DNA of 64,000 nucleotides from Candidatus Wolframiiraptor gerlachensis (GTDB lineage Archaea; Thermoproteota; Nitrososphaeria_A; Caldarchaeales; Wolframiiraptoraceae): NCBI GenBank assembly GCA_021323375.2, contig JAJPCT020000016.1, positions 64,001 to 128,000 of the forward strand, read 5' to 3'. Shown piece by piece: positions 57,137 to 64,000 of this stretch (position 1 is its first letter; each line of letters starts with the position of its first letter). The notes under the pieces were generated by a model. It saw only the letters and a program-made list of their open reading frames with translations, ran no database searches and was not told where the DNA came from. The position numbers and the translations under genes were made by a program.

Positions 57137-57709
57137 ATGAGGATTGGTGTTGGCTCGATGAACGAGGTTAAGATTGAGGCTGTGAAGATATGTTTTGAAA
57201 GGTTCTTTGGAGGCGCGGATATAGTTCCAGTCTCGGTTGAAGTTCCCCCTCAGCCCATCGGCTTCGCGGAGACTCTTAGGGGGGCGGTACTCAGGGCGCT
57301 GAAGGCCCTAGAGGGGGCGGATGCGGATCTTGGGATCGGCATAGAGGCCGGGCTTATTAGGATCCCGCATACCATAACTGGATACGCTGACCAGCATATA
57401 TGCGCAATAATAGATGCTGATGAGAGGGTTACGCTGGGCTTCAGCATGATGCTCGAGTTCCCCGAGATTGTTGTGAGGAGGATATTGAGTGGGCAGGCGA
57501 GGGAGGCTGAGGAGGTGATGGAGGAGATCTCGGGGATAAGGGAGATCGGGCGCAAGGGTGGGGCGGTCGGATACCTGACAAGAGATCATGTAAGGAGGAT
57601 AGATCTATGCATACAGGCCATTACATCGGCGCTCATCCCGAGGCTGAACCCACAGCTTTACAACATCAGCTGGCCGAGAGCCGGCGACATCCTAGGCAAG
57701 ATGCCCTAA
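57137..57709 (+). CDS. yjjX: Non-canonical inosine/xanthosine triphosphatase
   Basis: GSMNEVKIEAV, QPIG..ET..GA..RA, GIEAG, GAVGYLT. Confidence 0.87.
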   Translation: MRIGVGSMNEVKIEAVKICFERFFGGADIVPVSVEVPPQPIGFAETLRGAVLRALKALEGADADLGIGIEAGLIRIPHTITGYADQHICAIIDADERVTLGFSMMLEFPEIVVRRILSGQAREAEEVMEEISGIREIGRKGGAVGYLTRDHVRRIDLCIQAITSALIPRLNPQLYNISWPRAGDILGKMP

Positions 57710-57819
57710 CCGCATCCCTCCCCGAGATATGTTGGAGGAGCTTGGAATAGGATCATGGATATAAACATTTGATCATAAGTATAATTTTTGGTTATTGGCA
57801 GCGGCTGCTAGGAGCTGGA

Positions 57820-58254
57820 ATGAAGAGGATAATCGTCATGTCGATTAAGCCGAAGTTCGGCTATAGGATTCTTAAGGGTAGGAAGAAATTTGAGCTCAGG
57901 AAGCATTGTAATCAGGATAGGATTCGGACTGGCGATATGATCTTCCTCTACTTCTCCTATCCTGTGAGGGCTATTCTCTGCATGTTTAGGGCTGGCAGGG
58001 TTTATGAGGGAACTAGGGATGAGCTTAGGAGCATCGCCGAGAAGTTCAGGAATAATGGCCTCGGCGATGAGGACTGGACATATCTTGATGCTAAGAAGCC
58101 TGGGATGATGATAGAGGTTAGGAGCCCGGTCCGCATCCGGAGGATAACCCTTGAGAGGCTTAGGGAGGGCTTCGGCTTCGAGCCTCCGGTGAGCTATAGG
58201 ATCCTCAAGCCTGATGAGCCCCTCTACAAGTATCTCGCAAGGCGCATCCATTAA
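57820..58254 (+). CDS. ASCH/PUA-like domain protein
   Basis: MSIKP.F..RIL.G.KKFELRK, Y.SYP, PPVSY. Confidence 0.85.
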   Translation: MKRIIVMSIKPKFGYRILKGRKKFELRKHCNQDRIRTGDMIFLYFSYPVRAILCMFRAGRVYEGTRDELRSIAEKFRNNGLGDEDWTYLDAKKPGMMIEVRSPVRIRRITLERLREGFGFEPPVSYRILKPDEPLYKYLARRIH

Positions 58255-58288
58255 CTCTTATCTATTAGCTTCTCCAAGCACTTATTCA

Positions 58289-60196
58289 ATGAGCCTTAAG
58301 GCTCATGTAAAGGAGGTTTTCATCGACGAGTATGCGTATAGGTGGCGGGGGCATCTTGTCATCGAGAATTTCACGCTCCTTCTCCCGGGCTTTATTGCTC
58401 AATGGTTTAAGCCCGGTGATGTTGTTGAGCTTGAGCTGCTTAGCGAGCCTCATAGGCTTAATGGCGTGAATTTGCTGACTCCACAGGATTTCAGGCTTAG
58501 GAGGGTTTGGGAGAATGATGTTATCGAGGTCTGGCCTCTCCATAGCAGGGTTTATGAGCATAGGGGTAGGAGGGTTCTCGCGAGGGAGGCTTACCTTGAG
58601 GAGGATTATGTAGCGATAGCCGAGCTTGAGCAATATCATTACGCCTCCGAGAAGGAGCTTGTCGCTATATGGAAGTGCCCGATATGCGGTGAGCTTGCTG
58701 AGGCGAATGCGCAGCCGAAGTGCCGCAGATGCAGCGCGGCCATGAAGATCCAAGAGATTAAGGGAAGCATACCGCCATCCAGGTTCCTCGTCCTCGAGCT
58801 CTTGGACGCGAAGCCCTATGAACCAAGAATCATAGGATATGTCAGGGTTGATACGCCGGTCCCATTAATGCATAGGAGGATCGAGACTGAGGGTGGTAAG
58901 GTCTTGGTCGAGAGGGAGGTTAGGGAGAAGGTCTTCCCCTTGAACTGGATTCATCCGACATTCTGGCCGAGGGCCTATAAGGACTTCGAGACCTTGATGG
59001 AGAGGTATCGGGAGCTTAGGATGCTGTATAGCCCTAGGCTCGCCAAGAAACTTGTCGCTGATGAGAGGGCCGCGATGATCGCTAACGTGGATACGGCGGC
59101 GGCGAGGATAGCTAGGGTCGTGATACACCCGGACTTCAGGGGCGATGGTATTGGTGTCCTGGCCGTGAGAGCGGTTGTTGAATGGATTCAGGAGCGTAGG
59201 ATACCGGAGATGAAGAGGAGGAAGCATCTTGTTGAGGCGATAGCTCAGATGGCTAGGTACAATCCATTCTTCGAGCGGGCTGGCTTCATCTACCTATGGG
59301 ATACGGCTGGTGGAAGACCAGTCCTCTTCTACCCATTATCAGAGGAGGCTCGGAAAAGGATTGAGGATTTCCTTTCGAGGGATAAGTATGCCTCGAGACA
59401 TGGTGGTAGGCTGTATAGATCGAGGATTAGCAGGGTTCAGCCCCTCTCAGGACCAATAGTTATTCGCAGGATCTCGAAGACCTATAGGAGTGTTCTCGAT
59501 CTCTCGGCTCTAAGCCCGGCTATGAGGGACGTCCTGAAGGCCTTCGGGGTTGAGAGGAGGATAATCGAGAGGGCGATAATCAGGGATCTCGATCTCGAGA
59601 TTAAGCCTGGCGAGATCGTCGCTGTTGTCGGGATCTCTGGGGCTGGCAAGACGACGCTCCTTAGAATATTGATAGGGGCATGTGCTAGGCTTGAGGAGGA
59701 GAGGTATAGGCCTAGTGAGGGCGAGGTGAGGGTGCCCGATAATGTTAGGCTCTCATGTATGCTTCCGGGGGAGATTGAGCCCATGTTCGGCGAGGAGACT
59801 ATTCTCGAGCATATAGCATCTAAGGCGGGTGATGTTCAAGCGGCTCTCGAGCTTCTCAGCATAATGGGGATAAGCGATGCTGTCCTCTATCGGGCTAGAT
59901 ATGGCGAGCTCTCCACAGGGCAGAAGGAGAGGGTTAAGCTAGCGAGCCTATTGGCGGAGATGCCGAACCTGCTTATCGTCGATGAATTTGCTGCACACCT
60001 TGACATGGAGACCGCTAGGAGGATAGCGAGGAGGATCACCAGGCTTGCTAGAAGCATAGGATTAACGATGATCCTGAGCATTCATAGGGCTGAGCTCTTG
60101 GAGGAGCTTGAGCCCGACAAGATACTCCATGTCGGCTATGGCAGGGTCTACGTGGAGGATAGGGGATCAGCTCCTCCCATCGCCCCCTCCTCATAG
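58289..60196 (+). CDS. GNAT acetyltransferase-Zn ribbon-ABC ATPase fusion (COG2401-like)
   Basis: LEQYHY, CPIC...CRRC, RIARVVIHPDFRGDGIG, MARYNPFFERAG, GISGAGKTT, LSTGQKER, VDEFAAHLD. Confidence 0.85.
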   Translation: MSLKAHVKEVFIDEYAYRWRGHLVIENFTLLLPGFIAQWFKPGDVVELELLSEPHRLNGVNLLTPQDFRLRRVWENDVIEVWPLHSRVYEHRGRRVLAREAYLEEDYVAIAELEQYHYASEKELVAIWKCPICGELAEANAQPKCRRCSAAMKIQEIKGSIPPSRFLVLELLDAKPYEPRIIGYVRVDTPVPLMHRRIETEGGKVLVEREVREKVFPLNWIHPTFWPRAYKDFETLMERYRELRMLYSPRLAKKLVADERAAMIANVDTAAARIARVVIHPDFRGDGIGVLAVRAVVEWIQERRIPEMKRRKHLVEAIAQMARYNPFFERAGFIYLWDTAGGRPVLFYPLSEEARKRIEDFLSRDKYASRHGGRLYRSRISRVQPLSGPIVIRRISKTYRSVLDLSALSPAMRDVLKAFGVERRIIERAIIRDLDLEIKPGEIVAVVGISGAGKTTLLRILIGACARLEEERYRPSEGEVRVPDNVRLSCMLPGEIEPMFGEETILEHIASKAGDVQAALELLSIMGISDAVLYRARYGELSTGQKERVKLASLLAEMPNLLIVDEFAAHLDMETARRIARRITRLARSIGLTMILSIHRAELLEELEPDKILHVGYGRVYVEDRGSAPPIAPSS

Positions 60197-60281
60197 CACA
60201 TGTGCTCGGAGAAGGACGTGCTCATCATCCCCATAAGGCTGAAGAATCTCGTCGGATAAAGAAATTATGCCTCGCCCGGGC

Positions 60282-61244
60282 TTATATCGCGAGCTTCTCC
60301 GCGAGCTTGAGTATCTCTATATTGAGCGGCTTCTGATTACTGCATGCCTCCTCCAAGCTTATCGAGGTTATCCTCCCGCCCTGTATCCCGACGACCCTGC
60401 TCCTCTCACCATCAAGTAGAAGCTCTATCGCCTTCTCAGCGAATACCGATGCGAGGTGCCTGCTTCTCGCGGTCGGGCTCCCACCCCTCTGAACATACCC
60501 GAGAATGCTCACCCTAACCTCCACCCCAACCTTCCTCTCTATTGCCTCGGCGAGCTCATGCGTCTTACCAACACCCTCGGCGATCACTATTATACTCGAT
60601 CTCTTACCCCTAGCCGCATCCCTCCGGAGCTTCTCGAGGACGGCGTCCTCATTATATGGGATCTCTGGGACAAGAATTACCTCCGCCCCGGCAGTCAACC
60701 CCACCTCGGCTGCGAGGAACCCCCTATTCCTCCCCATGACCTCGACGATGAAAGTCCTCTCGAGAGATACCGCTGTATCCCTTATCTTGTTTATCTCGGT
60801 TAGCGCTGTGTTCACAGCCGTGTCGAAGCCTATCGTCTCATCAGTCCCATAGACATCGTTGTCTATTGATGCTGGTAGGGCTATTATCGCCGCATCCGTC
60901 AGCTTGCTTAGCTCGAGCGCCCCTCTTATCGAGCCATCACCGCCTATTACGATTAGGCCGTCGAGACTGTCCTCGGCTAGGCTCCTCGCAGCCCTCTCGA
61001 GGCCCTCCCTAGTCTTGAACTCGGGGCACCTGCTAGTCTTCAGTATCGTGCCGCCTAGGTGAAGTATTCCGCTAACCGCCCTGGGATCAAGCACGATATA
61101 CTCGTTCCGTATCACGCCAGTCCATCCCCTCTCGAACCCGATTACCTCCATATTGTTCCAGGCCGCGAGCCTCGCAACAGCTCTGATGGCGGCATTCATA
61201 CCCGGCGCATCGCCACCACTCGTGACGACGCCGATCCTCCTCAA
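60282..61244 (-). CDS. pfkA: ATP-dependent 6-phosphofructokinase, bacterial PfkA type
   Basis: TSGGDAPGMNAAIRAV, GGDGS, SIDND, TIGFDTA, EVMGR, LGYVQRGGSP. Confidence 0.93.
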   Translation of the reverse strand: MRRIGVVTSGGDAPGMNAAIRAVARLAAWNNMEVIGFERGWTGVIRNEYIVLDPRAVSGILHLGGTILKTSRCPEFKTREGLERAARSLAEDSLDGLIVIGGDGSIRGALELSKLTDAAIIALPASIDNDVYGTDETIGFDTAVNTALTEINKIRDTAVSLERTFIVEVMGRNRGFLAAEVGLTAGAEVILVPEIPYNEDAVLEKLRRDAARGKRSSIIVIAEGVGKTHELAEAIERKVGVEVRVSILGYVQRGGSPTARSRHLASVFAEKAIELLLDGERSRVVGIQGGRITSISLEEACSNQKPLNIEILKLAEKLAI

Positions 61245-61268
61245 GCCATATCCACGCCTCCCCGGCTA

Positions 61269-62138
61269 CTACCTCTGCTGCTCACCCCTCCGGGTTCTCG
61301 GCGGAGCATATGGCGCCGGCACATACTCGACGCTCGGCCTGATCGCGGCTGGCTGTGGATAGAGCTCCATGAGCTGATAGACCTCGGCTGGGATCTCGGT
61401 CTTAACCGGTATCCCGAGGCTCCTAGCTTCCTCGACCGTTATCGGGTAGTCATGCGTCCATCTACCCTCAACCATGGTCCTCGCTATCTCCCTCGCCTTC
61501 TCCTCCCCAAACTTATCCCTTAGGAGTTTGTAGACGAGATCCTCCATTTGCCTCATGGCCTTCTCCGCGATATCTGCGAGGAGTAGATACTCCTCTCGAA
61601 CCTTATCCCTGCCCTTCTCATTCACGACCTTCAATATTGAGGCGGCCGGGATAGCGCCATGCCTCGGATCGCTTATCTGCGGGTCAACCGGGCCGAGCAC
61701 GGCATTCGCATCCATCCAGATCTCATCCGCCGCTAGGGCTATCAACGTCCCGCCACTCATGGCGTAATGCGGTATAATCGCTATCTTCTTCGCCTTATGC
61801 TCCTTCAGGGCCAAGGCTATCTGAGCCGCCGCGAGGACAAGCCCTCCAGGCGTATGAATTATGATTGCTATAGGCATGTCTGGCGGCGTCATCCTAATCG
61901 CCCTAAGCACATGCTCCGAGTCCTCGATATCGATATAGCGGTAGAATGGTATCCCGAAGAGGCCTATCCTCTCCTGCCTATGGATCAGCGTTACAACCCT
62001 GCACCCCAGCTTATGCTCAAGCTTCCTGATCAAGCCGAGCCTAGCACCCTGAAGAGCCTTCAGCCTATACTGTGGCCAGAGGAAGATCAATAATAGGAGG
62101 AAGAGCCAGAAGAGGATCCCGATATCAAACCCATTCAT
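61269..62138 (-). CDS. SDH-family (DUF114) ClpP-like serine protease
   Basis: HTPGGLVLAA.QIA, PHYAMSGGTLIALAAD, GPVDPQ, WTHDYPI. Confidence 0.9.
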   Translation of the reverse strand: MNGFDIGILFWLFLLLLIFLWPQYRLKALQGARLGLIRKLEHKLGCRVVTLIHRQERIGLFGIPFYRYIDIEDSEHVLRAIRMTPPDMPIAIIIHTPGGLVLAAAQIALALKEHKAKKIAIIPHYAMSGGTLIALAADEIWMDANAVLGPVDPQISDPRHGAIPAASILKVVNEKGRDKVREEYLLLADIAEKAMRQMEDLVYKLLRDKFGEEKAREIARTMVEGRWTHDYPITVEEARSLGIPVKTEIPAEVYQLMELYPQPAAIRPSVEYVPAPYAPPRTRRGEQQR

Positions 62139-62292
62139 AGCATAAGTAAGGCCATGCCACTAGTAATATCTCTTTCGCCGCCTTATGCAAGTTCCAGATC
62201 TGGAAGTATTTTGAGATTTGCTTGTGTAAATTTTATAGGATTATTGAGGATTATTGAGCGGCAGTCTTATAAGCATGTCATATTAAGCCATA

Positions 62293-62652
62293 ATGAGATT
62301 AATGTCGTATGGAGGGCGTTTCGAGAGCCTTCTTGGAAGGCGCGTTACCCAGATTATGCGGCCAGTGCTTGAAGCACTTCTCGGTAAAGCTGGACTAAGA
62401 GTTTTGGAATATCATCTTGAAAAACTCCTTCAGGAAGATCCGTATAGCGTTCTATGCAATGAGCCTCATCGCTTCTACCTCGCGGTGAAAAGCGTCTTCG
62501 GACAGGGAGCGGATATGATGATACGTATCATGGCTAAGAAGATGATCGAGGAAGGAGTTCTCGAAGCTTCCGATCCAAGCGAATTCCTAGAGGCCCTTAA
62601 AGATCAGCAGAAGGGGCGGGAAAAACTACTGAAGATGCTTAGACTTCTCTAA
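62293..62652 (+). CDS. Hypothetical helical protein
   Basis: LG.....VLEYHL...P..F..A...FG.GA pattern seen in small TACK proteins. Confidence 0.6.
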   Translation: MRLMSYGGRFESLLGRRVTQIMRPVLEALLGKAGLRVLEYHLEKLLQEDPYSVLCNEPHRFYLAVKSVFGQGADMMIRIMAKKMIEEGVLEASDPSEFLEALKDQQKGREKLLKMLRLL

Positions 62653-62734
62653 CAATTCTCACTACACAATAGCATACTCGGGAGATAAAATCGGGATAAC
62701 AAGCCTTTATTCGCCTTAGAAATTGGTGGTGTGA

Positions 62735-62824
62735 AGCCCCGGCCGGGATTTGAACCCGGGACCAACGGCTTTCTAGCCAAGAGTGGATACAAGGCCGCCG
62801 CTCTGCCGGCTGAGCTACCGGGGC
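62735..62824 (-). tRNA. tRNA-Thr(TGT) with 17-nt canonical 37/38 intron
   Basis: GCCCCGG/CCGGGGC stem, CTTGTA[intron]A loop, GGTTCAAATCC. Confidence 0.9.
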
Positions 62825-62916
62825 CCCTTCTGAGACGCAAAAATCATCCTTAATAACCTTAAAGCATTAGGAGCGTCTGTAAAGCTAAAAGCTAGCATGC
62901 TATCGGATCATGGACG

Positions 62917-63022
62917 GGGGCCGTGGTCTAGCTTGGTTATGATTCGCGGCTTGGGCCCGCGAGGTCCTGGGTTCAATCGGCCTTCCCGGCTGAGGAGGCC
63001 GGAACAGATCCCAGCGGCCCCA
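62917..63022 (+). tRNA. tRNA-Pro(TGG) with 31-nt intron in the T-loop (62977-63007)
   Basis: GGGGCCG/CGGCCCC stem, loop CTTGGGC; BHB with bulge AAT, helix GTTC/GAAC, bulge AGA; splicing restores TTCAAAT. Confidence 0.9.
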
Positions 63023-63202
63023 CATCACCTTAAAACCTGCATGTTATGACAGGCTGTATGAGAGCATGTTTGTTGTTTTGAGCAATTTTGCGCCTTGGCT
63101 ATTTTCGAAGATGCGTCTTTTGCATGGATAAATAGAAGTCCTTAAAGGCTGGAGGTTATCGAGCTGGGGTAGGGGGAGCTTCAGCTGGAGTTGTGAGGAT
63201 AG

Positions 63203-64000
63203 ATGTTGAGAAAGTCTGATGTTGTGAAAGCGATCTTGGTTTTGATTGCTGCATCCTTTATCATAAACCTGGGATTCTCGGCTCTTGGCCCCCTCTTCCC
63301 GTATCTCGTCCTAGCTTTGAAGGGTGTTTTGAGGGAGCTTCCTGAGCTGACTATGGGGGTGATTGAGGCTCATCAGGGCGCCTTGGAGTTCGGCCTCCTC
63401 ATGGCGGCGTTCATGGCTACTAGGGCTCCGATGTCGGCATTCTCGGGATTCCTCAGCGACATATTCGGGAGGAAGCGTACAATAGTTGTGGGGATGATGC
63501 TCTACCTCGTCGCCACAACAGGCTTCATACTCTCACGGGATGTTGCCTCGCTGATACTCTTCAGGGCTGTTCAGGGCATAGGATCGGCGATGGTGTGGCC
63601 TGTTGCCGAGGCATATCTTGCTGACGTGACTGGGAGGTGGCAGAGGGGGAGGGCTGTCTCGGCCTTCATGGCCTCGATGCTCATCGCCGAGCTCATAGGT
63701 CCCGGCATAGGCGTCGCCATATACAAGGTGTGGGTCGCGGTCTTCGGTGGAGCGGACTATGTCATGGCGATCAAGTCGCCGATAATCTTCCTAGCAGTAA
63801 TGGTGCTCGGCTCCCTCATCACAACAATCTTCCTCCCAAGCATCCCAACAACAAGGTCGAATCCTGAAATCAAGACTGGGCTCGAGGAGGTCAGGAGCAT
63901 CCTCAAAACACTCCCAAAAACAATCTCAAGAAGTCTGAAGATCATGTACCTAAACGGCATCATCAATGGATTCAGCCTAGGGATAATTGAGACGGCCTTG
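63203..64000 (+). CDS. MFS transporter (runs off window end)
   Basis: Manual translation MLRKSDVVKAILVL...GFLSDIFGRKR...FRAVQGIGS (MFS motif A). Confidence 0.85.
   Translation, partial: MLRKSDVVKAILVLIAASFIINLGFSALGPLFPYLVLALKGVLRELPELTMGVIEAHQGALEFGLLMAAFMATRAPMSAFSGFLSDIFGRKRTIVVGMMLYLVATTGFILSRDVASLILFRAVQGIGSAMVWPVAEAYLADVTGRWQRGRAVSAFMASMLIAELIGPGIGVAIYKVWVAVFGGADYVMAIKSPIIFLAVMVLGSLITTIFLPSIPTTRSNPEIKTGLEEVRSILKTLPKTISRSLKIMYLNGIINGFSLGIIETAL

Noticed and set aside
62649-62840. 63-aa ORF
   Set aside because: Overlaps tRNA-Thr.
178-63966. Many antisense or overlapping ORFs in the track (e.g. 1581-2168, 21996-22469, 30265-30903, 40002-40616, 16649-16855)
   Set aside because: Shadows of well-supported genes on the opposite strand or another frame.
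1-64000. CRISPR array or tandem TIGR array
   Set aside because: No regularly spaced repeats were seen; each effector copy has one hairpin only.

Overview
Chromosomal window from a GC-moderate archaeon, probably a thermophilic TACK/Thermoproteota lineage. This is inferred from eL13, PriL, ABCE1, BHB-intron tRNAs and the AcnX/UbiD mevalonate genes. Most of the window is housekeeping: a fragmented L3-L4-L23-L2-S19 cluster, central carbon and nitrogen genes, SufCB, transporters and three tRNAs. The main discovery is three related insertions at about 7843-8977, 22517-25083 and 45468-53348. Each carries an intact or decayed compact IS110/TasR-like RuvC protein gene followed by a ~115-150 nt hairpin RNA. 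The stems and outer loop of this RNA are conserved, while the inner symmetric loop differs in every copy. In each copy the two variable loop strands match opposite strands of that copy's own insertion site and overlap on a 4-bp core, as bridge-RNA guides do. Removing each insertion in silico rebuilds an in-frame host gene end (trxB 3' end, rps19 5' end, primase-like gene 5' end), and each element supplies a replacement end. Other items: an unannotated 58-aa histone-fold gene, a decayed tRNA-Ala copy, non-canonical starts, a T-loop tRNA intron, an ASCH + GNAT-ABC pair, and bacterial-type PfkA and class II aldolase. All alignments were done by eye.
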